NCBI GenBank assembly: GCA_047495785.1
Contig: JBLDXI010000001.1
Coordinates: 4,402,001-4,466,000 of the forward strand
Source: Lepidodermella squamata
Taxonomy: Eukaryota; Animalia; Gastrotricha
Direction of reading: 5' to 3'
Length of the DNA stretch: 64,000 bases
Made by a program: the position numbers and the translations under genes. Within the stretch, counting starts at the first letter, position 1. Each line of letters starts with the position of its first letter. Below, one piece after another: positions 1 to 12,200 of the stretch. Below the pieces are notes generated by a model. That model ran no database searches, was not told the origin of the DNA, and saw nothing but the letters and a program-made list of their open reading frames with translations.

Positions 1-149
1 CAAACTGAAGACACGCAACTTATGAAATTCTCGCTTTTACGGCAGGTAATTTTAATGCTCGTACGAAGCTGGCTAGCATTGACGTCACTGGATGCCGTCG
101 AGAGTGAAGAGCTCAAATGAGTGGGTAAGCTGTAAACTTTTGTTATTGC

Positions 150-2425
150 CTGCCATAATGGCTCAATTCTTCAAAGCTAAGCTTGAGATATTGTTCAGCC
201 TCAACGTCATTATTCCAAGTAGTTTCCTGCTCGATCTTCTCTCGAATGGGTGCTTCGAGGGTGATGACGAGGAATTTTCCGCCTCGAGAAGTACCTATAT
301 TTGGCAACGAACGATCTAGCCATCTACAATGCCAAATAACGTTTATCGCTATTACACCGCAGTGAAAATGTCGACAGCGGCAAAGCCAACGTAAGTTATC
401 ACATTTTTTGTTCATGTGACTTGGACATCTCATTTGGCTCAAAAGGAGGCTTGGATTTCTCAATTTCCTCGCGGAGATCGTGGATGTGTTTACTTTCCAC
501 CGAATCAAGCTGAATCCTTGTCTCGGCGTTTGGAGCGCATTAGTTGGCGCTGTTATTCTGCGAATAGCTCTTTCAAGTCACTTGTTGGAGTTCGCAGCGG
601 CGGCTTGTCGAACATTGTTCTCCGTGAACACTACTCAATCGCGTTCATAAACGTGCCTTGTTTCGGGGTCGAAGACTCGATATGCATTCCGATTTGTTGC
701 GACACCAAGGTGGCTCATCAACTTGGCTTTTTCCTTTGCTCGTTTGGGATCCTTAACAAACATAGGAAGCCGAACACCTTAATCATCCGCCCGAAAAAAC
801 CCTCGATCGGCGTCCCGCTTGGCTGGTTACCGAAGTTCTTTCATTTACATGACCTAACCTTGCATGCCAAAGATCAGTCACGTGTAACAACGCTCTCGTA
901 TATTAGGCGTTATAACATTGCAATTCAAGGTGTAAATTATATCTCGTCTTTGAGCCCTGGCAATTTCCTTGCCATGGTGCTTCAGGAAGCACTGATCTCC
1001 AGCGAACACCACTTTGTTTACGCGCTCTGTAGCTGCAGAAACAGAAAACAAGTTCACTGCTAATGCTGGGATCACCAACACTCCATGCAACGTGAAATTG
1101 GTACCAACTTGGTAATCAGCTTCACAACGCCTGATCCGCAAGCTGTCAGTACGTTACCATCACCCACCGTCGCGCTAAAATGCTGGTATTATGAACAATG
1201 TCGATCTAGTTCGTTATGTGTCTTGAGACGACAATGAAACTCTTTTCCTCTTCGGCGATTTCATTCGTGACGAATCGTCCGTCACTTCGGTACTGAGCGC
1301 GCTGAACGCAACCGTAACAACAATATTTGTTCTGCAATTGGGCTGTGTAGAAGTTAGATCGGAGAAGTTACTATTCGTGTGTTTTATTCATAAGAGGATA
1401 GCCTAGTTTAACTTGCTCTTGTGTTGTAAACAGAGTACGAGAGTACATACTACAAAAGCACTCGAGTTTAATGTCGTTATAATAGTTGGAGCCGTTCCAA
1501 TCTCGAACCAGTAGCCAACGCAATTGCCGTGATGGTTATATTCCAATTAGTTGTGTCGTCAGGCGCCCAAACGTGGTCTTGCGTGGCAAGACCACGTCCT
1601 TGAACAGTCCTATCATTGCATGAAATATTTTATATCAATCTTCCGATAAAATTTGGCTGGCTGCGTCGACCAACTCTAACGTCACGTCGTGATCATGCTG
1701 CCAAGTCGTCGCCCCTGGGCACGCATTTTGCTTATGCCCCAGGCGCCAGCACTTGCAGCATCCGGTTCCCCGGCGCTTCGCGCCCTTCACGGCGCCGCGA
1801 GGCTTTCTTTTTCGCCCGCGGGCCGCCGTTGCGCTAAGAAGGAGGCACAACGGTGTAGGTTTTGTGAATTCAGTGTGAATTCAGGCCATTGCTTCTTCAT
1901 ACGTGTTTGGTTCAGTATCCTGAAAAATAGCTGCTAAAGCAAGATTAGCTACTCCACTTTCATGTTCAGGAAATGCTTCTGCTAGAGGTGCAAGGAATAC
2001 ATTGTTTGCGGGTTGACCCATTGACGCAAACCGGAAGGGTTGGAATATTTCTGGTCGGCTTAGAACGGCTTGTCAGGAAATGCTGCTGGGATTGAAGGGC
2101 TCACCAACCAACCCAACGTGTTTAATTGCCGCATATAAACAGTGTCGTCAAAAAATATGAGTCGGACTGTATGCGGCTGCACGGTACTAAGCGCACACCA
2201 GCTGTTCCTTTTGGTTAAAATTGTTAAAATATCGGCTGGCATTTCGTTGGTGGAAAGCCATTGTGGTTCAATGACTTTCCGTTCGACCAAGTCACGAATG
2301 AAATGTAACTTTATGTCAATGTGTTCACTGCGCTGACTTGCAGCGTGGTTCTCGGCAATGCTTTTCGCTGACAAGTTGTCAATATGAATAGTAGTAGGGG
2401 AAGACAACGGAGAAAACGCGGTCAT
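150..2425 (-). mobile_element. Decayed Ty1/Copia LTR-retrotransposon fragments (RNase H, gag zinc knuckle, protease region, pre-integrase, SH3-like)
   Basis: Minus-strand peptides: 2060-2425 'IHIDNLSAKSIAEN...RSEHIDIKLHFIRDLVERKVIE...NEMPADILT' (Copia RNase H); 1635-1850 'CCKCWRLGHKQNAC' (CX2CX4HX4C gag knuckle); ~1140-1250 'FIVVSRHITN...VGDGNVLTACGSGVVKL' (protease region with DSG missing); 878-1141 'LHGVLVIPALAVNLFSVS...VVFAGDQC' (Copia pol beta-barrel); ~620-790 'FGFLCLLRIPNEQRKK...NAYRVFDPETRHVYERD*VVFTE' (SH3-like). Stops and frameshifts throughout; left boundary approximate. Confidence 0.85.
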
Positions 2426-3227
2426 CGACCGCCTGGAAGAGGAATCCTTTAGCTTTATAGAGGAATCCTATCGTTGTTGCCAAGGACGAGCTCGACATTT
2501 TTTAGACGTAAAACGTAGAAACTAGAATTACGACCTCAAAACCTCCAAGTTCTGAGGTCGATCTCGGATCGGTCGAAAACTTCAGCAATGTTCGCATGGA
2601 GACCTTCTGCCCCTCTTGGCTATTCTCCTATCCTAATACGCTGGATCCTATATATTGTGAGAAAAATGGCCGTTTTCCAACTGCGAAATCGGCTACTAAT
2701 TCCAGGTATGTTCCTTGCCCAATAAATTGATAAGAAATTATATCAGCCTCTTCTTTTCCCAGATTCGAGAATTCTATTATCTCCTGCTTCAACCTCGATG
2801 ATTGAAATTTGAATAAATTCCGATTATTATCAATCATTCGTGTTTTATTTCTCTTTGTGTTTTCAACCGTTTATTCATCAAAGATACCGATTTTCCAGGA
2901 AACACTGAGTATAGTAAGATCTACATCGAGATTTTTTTTAGCATACAACAATATCAAAGACTTGCATTGCCGCGAGATTGAAAAAAATAAAAATCATAAT
3001 TTATTCAGACGAGTGGTGGTGTGGAAAAAATATCAGATCATTCTCCGTATTTTCAAAGACATTTCAGAAAAAAATACATTTTTCGGTGAACATAAAAAAA
3101 TCGTCTATTTCTTTACATGACGAGATAAAGTTTCAAAACTAAAAAAAATAACCGATTTTTTGTTAGGATTGCGATAAAATTTGTTAGCTGATTGTTAAAA
3201 TATAATAGACTAGTTGTTGTACATTTA

Positions 3228-6200
3228 TCACGCGTTGTGGCTAGCCGACGGCCGGCGCAGGTCGGTGACAGAGGGCTCGCGCGACGGCGACACGACGACG
3301 ATGGTAGGCGGCGGCACGAGGTTGGCCATTTGCTGGCCGTCGCCCCGCGACCGGTCGCCGCGCCTCAACCGCTGCCAGCACCGTTTGCGCACCTTCGACG
3401 TCTTCGATTTAGCGCCATTTTCTATTGAGCTAGCGTTGACCTTCAATAAACGGGAAAAAACAGAAAAAAATTAGGAAAAAATGATATAATTTTGTTAAAA
3501 TATTAAATTTTAAGCTCAAAAATAGTCAGGCTCAAATTTTACGTTCTTCGGATTTTTTCTCGAAAAAGTAAAGCAAATTCACATGAAAAATGTCAATTCT
3601 TTCGATTCAAGGCGATTGCGAAAAATGTAGATTTTAAGCAGAATTTTTTTTTAAATCGACAATTTATAACCGAATATAGGAGACATTATTCCCCTTAATT
3701 TTGAGAATTACTATAAATATACCGCAAAAAAGTTGCCCATTTTCGCATGCATTTCATAGCCAGTTTTTCATGGCTTTGAATGTGTCAATTACCTCTTTAT
3801 TTTGATCATCGTGTTGCGGACAAACAGCGAGCGGGTTCTTTGGCAGCACGTCGTCGACCCAGCGCAGTTCGTCCTGCGTGAACACGTAGTCGAGCAGTTT
3901 CCGCAACAACACCATCACAACAAGCTGAAAGCAGAAAACAAATGATCAAAATAAGAACTAGAAAATTTCAAAAATATAGTGAATCAGCAAGTATCTATCA
4001 GCACTATTCGATCTACACATCTACCTATTTTTGAAAGATTAATCGAATTCCGCGTGAAATCACACAAAACTTGTCGCAATATTGAGAATCTTCCATTTCT
4101 CCTTTTTCACCAGATCAAACAAATTACAGCGCCTGCCATAAGTTCAATTGGGCATTTTTTAGGAAGTTCAACTATTTTTTTTTTAAATTGAACCTACCCC
4201 AAAGAATATTCCATTTTTTATCTGCAATCTAACCGAAAAGACAACAAATTTAACGGAGCGAACCCGGAAAACCCCGATGGTAACTGAATCGGAAATTTTC
4301 GGTATTTTACCCAGTTGGACCTAATTCTTTGGATTTTTTAATCCCATTGACATATTTGATTACTATTCTTGTTATTTTTTAAATTTTTCTAATACTTTTC
4401 TGGCCATGAGATGAGTATTCATCTGTCATTTTAGAGTTTCTGAACCCTTTTTCGTGTATTTTCTTTGCTCTTGCTCTTTCTTTCACTGCGGGACACGCTG
4501 TATTGAAATTGTTTAGGAAAAATTAAAAAATAACTTTAGTTTCAATTTGAAATTTTTCAAATACCGTATGGTGATTAGAATTATGGACTAAATTTATTCA
4601 CTGTTTTTCGAGGATCAAAATTTAGTCAAAAATCGAGAAATTTTCTGCGCTACGGAACTTCGAAATATTTTTTCTGTGCGGAGTCGAGAAATGGGCCTGC
4701 AGCTTACCATGAGTATAAAAAGTATTGAAATGGACTTGGTTTGCTTGATAACCCAGAGAAAAACGAAAGCCAGAAGTTGTATCGCAGTGAACAAGTGAAC
4801 GCGCCACGTTTTCATGTGGCGGAGGTAGGGAGCGTCCGGCTGGTACTTGACCGGCATGAAAAACAGCAAGATGCGCTGGTAGAACTGCGACGTCTGCAGG
4901 GCGGCAAGGCCCATGAACAGAAACACGCCGTACAGCACGGGCATAGGAATGAATTTGAGCACCATGCGCAGCGGGATCGAACACCCGATGAGGGCGAACA
5001 CGATGAAGCCGGTGATGCGCTGCTCGATGAGGCCGAGGAAGCGCGGCTGTTCGCCTGGGGCTGATGTTTCCGACTGTTTCCGCAGCGAGTTGACGTGCGT
5101 TATTGACAGGACGGTGGCTGCGACGAAGTAGGGCAGGCCGAATGTAGCGCAGAAGCACACGTGAAGCGTGAGGATGAACAGGTCCAAATGGTAGCCTTTT
5201 CCTTTCTAGAAAATGAGAAAGAGATTGAGTGAATAATCTATCGAAAATTGATCAAAACTAATACGTAAAAATTGGAAAATTTAAGAAAGGAATCCCTAAG
5301 AATGCAAAATTTCAAAAAATTGAAAGAATATACAAAAAATTCAAATTTCAAAATGTTGAAGAAAATTTCAAAATTACAAAGATTTTACGAAATAAATCAA
5401 TATTAAAAATCTCAAGATTTCCAAAAATTAATGCTTTCAATAATTAAAAAAAAAATTCAAATTAATGGTCTCGTGTTTTAAAATTTGAACTCTTCTTTTG
5501 CGACGCAAAAAAATAATTCCGAATAATTGTATGATAGCTTGGTTCACATTTTTCAAATATCTATTCGGGATTTTTCAAAAATGTATTCGGATTTTTTTAG
5601 CTCAAATTTTCCAGAAATGAGAAATTTAGTCAAAATGCGGTGATGAAAACTTACGACTAGTTTGTGTTCGCGTCTATTGACAATGACGGCCGTAATTTGC
5701 TGATCCATGAACAGCAGGACGGCGAGTAGGATGGCTGGAAAGGCGGCGACGCCGCACGTCCACACCGGGTTGGCCCAGAAGTCGACGAGCCACGGGCGGC
5801 CGGGTTTAGTCGGCGCGAACTGGTCTGGAACTTCGAGTTTAGGCGTCGGCAGGGCGACGAAGTAATCAACGGCCACCATTGTTAGAATCGATATCGATAC
5901 GGCGAAATCGCTGACGAAATTACGGACCTGATATAATAGAACAAAAATATTGCTCAAGCATTCGGAAAACTTCGAAGTAAAAGAACAATTTTTCACTTAT
6001 TTTCTATTCAGCTAAACCGGCGATATCGTAACTTCTCCGCATTTCATATTTACTGATTACAGAAATATTTTTGAACCGTCATGTATTTTATGGTCATTTA
6101 TTAGAAATTGTTGTATATGAAGCCTTATATATCGTTAATTTGAGAGCACGGCACGGAGTTTTGAAATTTGGTTTCACGTTTCGCCGTAGACATTCAGCTA

Positions 6201-9200
6201 TATTCATGCGATAATATCAAAGATTTGGCGTTTTACTTCTAGTCAATTATTTTCTCATCATCTCATGTTGAGTTTATTCCATCTTTTGGTTAAAAAGACG
6301 TTCAATTTGTGTTCAACCACGCCGTAGGATCGGGTGCGTATAATTGCTCAAACAATTAGCGATCATTTCTCCGATGTTTTTCTGCCGCGTGCAAGCAGCT
6401 GGATAGCCGATCAAGCCTCACGTGGCAAATATTATTGTCGAGAGCCTTTGAAGCACCCTATAAAAAAGGCGCGATCTCGCCCGCTTGATCATTATTATCT
6501 ATCCCCCAGTGAAGTTTGATATCTTGCATCTTTTTCGCCGTATCAACCATGCCAAGCTACGCTATCGTCTTAGCTCTGATGAGCATAGCTTTCGCTCAAT
6601 TTGGTAAAAAAAAACTATCAACAGTTTTTTTATAATTAAGCTTATATCTTATATTCCAGTCGCCTGTGATCAGTACTATGATCAGATGTACAGACAAACT
6701 GGCGCAAAATGCGATACTAATCGAACTATTTTGCAGACCCAAACCGTCTCGCTGATTTTGTGCACTTTGAAGTGCAGTAAAAACCCGCTGTGCAAAGCCG
6801 TGTTGTATGGAGACTATGCCAATACCTATCAACTGAAGAAAGGATTCTGCTCACTGGAACAGTCGTGCCAGGTCTATACGAACATGCGGTTGAAAAACTT
6901 GGATGGGCTTTTTACCTACTTGAAACAGGAATACTATGACCAGGCTGTAAAGTCGGCAAAAACTTTGCCATAGAGCAGCTGGACGATCATCACGCCGCTT
7001 AGCGGGCGCTTCATCATGAGGATTCCATGGGCTATATTTATCTATATATCATTCTGAGGTGGATGTTTGCTTGAATCAGTAATTTTGTCGCATGTGTTTG
7101 TTAACAGGTGATGAGCATTAATAAATTTGAGGTTGTGGGTAGAAACTTTGAAATTTGAGTTAAAATCGGATAAGTATGTGAATATTTGAAAATTTGAAAA
7201 TTGCAGAGGGGTTTTTTTTATTCGCAACAGAAAATACAGCTACAGCTGCAATTTTTTGCATTCGAAAATTCGCTACAGAAATACTGTATTTCTGCTGCAT
7301 TTTCTGCGGATTCTTATAAAAAATACAGAAAATACAGCCCTATTTTTCCAACAAATAATACAGCCAGAAAAAGTGTGCAAAGTGTAGAAATGGGGCTGCT
7401 TGTGCGCATAAAAATTGCCGGGGCGAAAATTTTAAGAAAAAAAATGGCCCTCCACATCGACTTCGCCTAGTAAACAAAGTCGCATTTGCGGATGACTTAC
7501 AAGGTTGCGTATTTTGTACAGATTCAAAAATCATGTGCTGGAAAAATACACTTTGTACTGTATAAAATATAGCGAATTTATGAATGCGTAGATGATTCTA
7601 GCATTTTTTGCAGAAAGTGCTATTTTCGAACGACAATACACAAAATACAGTATATACTGTTCGAAGTGTTGCGAATAAAAAAAAACCCCTCAGCAACATC
7701 ATGCTTCAAACCCGGATAGTAGGTCGAAATGACCGTTAGCAAGCGAAAAATGGGGTTTGGCAAATTTTCTCTACAAGAGAGCGGAATTTGTGGTTCTTTA
7801 CGCTAAAGAGTAAAAAATTCAGCTACAGGTTTCGATTTAGGACCTGAGTATGATCAATCCGTTGAATGAGGAAGGGCTTTTACTTTGAGCAATCAATATT
7901 GCATTCGCTTAAAAAAAATTTCAAACTCTCAGGTATTTCAGGAATTATTAGAAGTAAAGAAAAATTGTCACCTGAATCAACTTTATGGTGAGCGGAACCA
8001 AAATTTGGAATATTTATTGGGCCAGAAACCACTTTTCAGAACTTCCAAGATGTTACAATAGACCATCGTACTTCTAAATATATAATGTTCAAATTCAGCG
8101 TAAAATTCTGTGCAAGGCGTAACGTTCACTTCAGAAAGTATACAGGGTCCTGAATTCATAGAATTATTTGAAAATCAACATTTCGCAAATTTTGAGTTTG
8201 GTTCCGATGAAAGATATTCTGAAAGGAATGGCATCAACCTTTTGCGGAATTTCCTATATGAAGCCTATATATCGTTAATTTGAGAGCATTATTCGGCATA
8301 ATTCGTAGTAAAAACTTTACTGAAAATTGATTATCGAACCGAGTTTTGACATTTAGTTTCACTTTTCGCCGGAGACATTCAGCTATATTCATGCGATACC
8401 TATCAAACATTCGACGTTTTACCACTAGTCAATTATTCTTAAGCAATTCTCAATTTCTCCATCTAATGTTGAGTTCTTGGAGGAATAGTAAGTTGAGTTC
8501 GTTCCAACTTTTTATTATAAAGACATTCAATTTTTTGCCGTTTTTGCTCAATTAATTAGCGATCATTTCTCCGATGGTGTTTTCCTACCGCGTGCAAGCA
8601 GCTGGATAGCCGATCAAGCCTCACGTGGCAAATATTATTGTCGAGAGCCTTTGAAGCACCCTATAAAACAGGCGCGATCTCGCCCGCTTGATCATTATTA
8701 TCCCTCCCCAGTGAAGTTTAATATCTTGCATAAGTATATTTCGCCGTATCAACCATGCCAAGCTACGCTATCGTCTTAGCTCTGATGAGCATAGCTTTCG
8801 CTCAGTTCGGTAAAAAATTTATTAAAAATTATTTTTTAATTACCGCATTTGTTCCATAAGGCTTTAAAATTTTCTACTTCCCGAAAATTCCTAAAAAGTG
8901 GGCTACTAAACAAAATGGGCGGTTTATTAGCCTACTGAATTTGGCAGTTGAAGCTATTCTATGAGAAGCCTACCACCATCCCATCATAACATAATAGCCC
9001 GGGTGACATTAGAGATGGGCGATTTGTTTGACGCTGACGTCATGACATGGGCTACCATTAGCGACTGGGCTATTATTTGAACAAATAATGTTGTAAGCTA
9101 TTATTTTTTAGGCGCCTGTCAACAGCAGCAATACTTGTCCGCTTATGCTCTATGCGATTCTAATCGAACTATCTCGCAGCACAAAAATACTAACTTCATA

Positions 9201-12200
9201 ACCTGCTGTAACATGTGCACGAAAAACCCGCTTTGCAAAGCCATAGAGACAATCAAGATCAATTCCTACACAGCGAAGAGAGATTTCTGTTCATTGGAAC
9301 AGTCTTGCACGATCTATACGAACATTTGTTTGAACAGAGGGCACTATGCCTACTTCAAACCGGAATACTATGCCCAGGCCATGAAAGCGGCAAGACAAAA
9401 GGATAGAGTGCCTTGCGTAAAACAAAGACCAGATGGCAGCTGAGCGGACATGTCATCATGAGTATCCGATGGGCTTTATTTAGATATAATATAAGTATAT
9501 CATTTGCGCGGAGGTGGATGTTTGCGTGAATCAGTCAATTTATCTTATTTGTTAACACGGTACATGTGATGAGCGTATCAATAAAAATGAGGTTTTGGGT
9601 AGAAACTGTAAACTTTAAAATTGGAGTTTTAAAATCTGAGAAAAATTATATTTTATACTTTTGGAAAATTTCAGTTAGAGTGAAGAGTGGGCTTTGGCAT
9701 TTTTCTGCATTTTACAGCAAATCGAAAACATGTGGATTGACTTGAAGAGGGACGATTCTTGGATTCTAAATTGTTCCTCAAGAATTTTGAATTTTAAAAT
9801 TTAAAATTCGATAACTGCGAACTGCGAGCCCCATCTATTTTGAAGTTCCGAACTAGTTTGTTGCCAATTTCAAATTCCAATACTTTAAATTCCAAAGGGT
9901 TGAAAATTTTAATTCAATTTTTTCATAAACAAATTAAAAAATTGCAGCTATCTTTTGGAATATTTTCAGAAAATCCTCCGACGTAAACGATCTCCGCATG
10001 AATAAGCAGCGAATTAAGAAACATTAAGAAACTAAAACTAAATTGTTAACTAGGTAAATAGTAAAATTGTCTTGAATTTTCCTGATAAAAGCCACCAAGA
10101 TGTGAGCGAAGATAGAAAATTTACGATTATTTCGCAATGGCAATGGCTTAAAACCTACAGCAAAAGAGTCAAACTAGCAATTAACTTATTCGGCGTGTAG
10201 AGTAACCATTTCCTAATTAACTTTTCTAAAATGTAACCTACCCATCCTTCAGCCGCGATTTCATCAATAAAAGTGAATTAAATTTGACCCGAGAAAACCC
10301 GGAAAACTTTAAAAGTAACTGGTATGCTAATTTTCGGTATTTTACCAGTCTCACCTGGATTTCTCGGGATTTTTCAAATTGTAATAAATAGATAATCAAA
10401 ATGTGCCAGATATTTTTGTTAGAAAATTTAACGAAAATCTAACCTTGGCTGGAAAGAACGGCGAAGTTCTGAAATTGCGCAGCGAGAACGCCATCGCACA
10501 GGTGCCAACGAAAACGAGACACGAGAAGAAGAAGACATCCGGCACCGGTTTCGCCAGGCCACACCCCGGGCCCAACTGCCTGCACATGGGCAAATTGACG
10601 CACTGCGACACGTTGAGACCGCGGCAATCGAACGCCGACGAGTTGAACGCCGGATTCGCCGAGTACAACGGCGACAGCGAGTAAGCGTACGAGTGGTTCG
10701 ACTCGACCCAGTCGCAGCTACACGAATAATCAGCGTTGAGTCGATCGGGCCGCGAAATGCCGTTTTTGCGATAAATCCCGAGCAGGGCGACGAAAGATTC
10801 GAAAATGAAAATCACCGAAATTAAGGTCGCGAAACACTCCTCGGTAAATCGTGTTATCAGCGATACTAATGCATTTAAATCGAACGCAACTATTAGCATT
10901 AAATATAAAGCCGTCCAAATTCCGATCCAAAACCGAAGGGTTAAGTAGTCCAAGCCGTTTTCCGAGGCGAACGAGTATAGAATTTTTTCGAACAACAAAA
11001 CCGGCCCAGTTGAGCCGATTATCGTTATCGGCTGCCCGGCGAATAAATGGTATGTTGTTCCGCAAACGGCCGCTGTTAAAATCGACTCGAAGGCGGCCAT
11101 ATTTTGGCCGGTCGCGTTGCCTAGCAACCCGCCGAATGTGACAATTGGCGCGAGGCAGGCGAAAAATAGGTAGAAAATCGACGCGACGCATTGCATATTG
11201 AAGGCGTCGGTGATATCTGACGCGTACCACGGCGCCTTTCGCCTGATATCAGCAATCAGCCCGCCGAAAATGCGCCCAGTTCGCAGGAGGGTCGGATCGA
11301 CTGAATGCTGATTCTCCGACGCGTCATTTTCAGCCTGTTTCTTGACCAATTCATCGACTAGATTGTTGATAGTTGGCCCAGCTTCACCCGGGGCGGCACT
11401 ACTATCCGCGGTTTTATTGAACGACGCCTCTGATAGGGCCCGCTGGAATTTGGCCGGTAAATCTGTTTGGCTCAGCGATTTTTCGCTTGAAATTTGAGAT
11501 AAGACATTCATTTTTCTCGCCTCGCATGACGGGATACGCTTCGGTGGTTCGATGCGGATTTTCGGGTCCCATTCCGAGGGAGGCAGGGCGGTTGCTTCGT
11601 CTAGGAATTCGTCCAGTCCCGCGAGTAGGTCTTGCCGCGACGAGCCGCGATACGCCACGTCGCGGAAAATATCGTCCGACATGATAGTTTCCATCGATCG
11701 GCCGATTTCTCGCAGGTCTTTCGAGCGTGGCGATGGACCGAGAAGGATGAAGACGAAGCGAGTTGGCACAGCGACTTCTGATAGCTCGTTCAGCGTGACT
11801 TGAGATTTCAGGCGGATGAAAGCGGCTATGCTGGTTTTCAGGAATTCGACTCCGCCCACCAGCGAGGTGGAACCCTCCGAGCCGGGGGCGAGTTTTTTCG
11901 CGAAGTTTTCGTTTTGCTTGAATGCGTGGTCATGATCACCATTTTGAGGGGTTGCCGATCCGCCTTCAGCTGGCGAATCACCGCCTGCGCCTTCATTTTT
12001 CCCATCGGGTTGATCTAAAAAAATATCCAAATATTATATTTTTTCTGATTTATTAGAATTTTCGATCAATAAAAGAATATTATGGTAAAATCCTTAAAAA
12101 ATAAGGGACAAGCATTTAGCTTTAACCTTATATTTCAAATTTTTGTAATTTATGTTTATTTTCAAATTTTAAAAACCTTGAAATTTTGAAATTTTGAAAT

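Larger units (their letters stand above)
6114..7160 (+). repeat. Tandem duplication unit 1 (whole small gene with promoter and 3'UTR); unit 2 at ~8255-9620
   Basis: 'TATATGAAGCC(T)TATATATCGTTAATTTGAGAGCA' opens both units. The ~200 bp upstream of the ATG is nearly identical, and both 3' ends share 'AATAAA..TGAGGTT.TGGGTAGAAACT'. Confidence 0.9.

Noticed and set aside
416-1063. 215-aa plus-strand ORF
   Set aside because: Antisense to recognisable Copia pol fragments and has no motif of its own.
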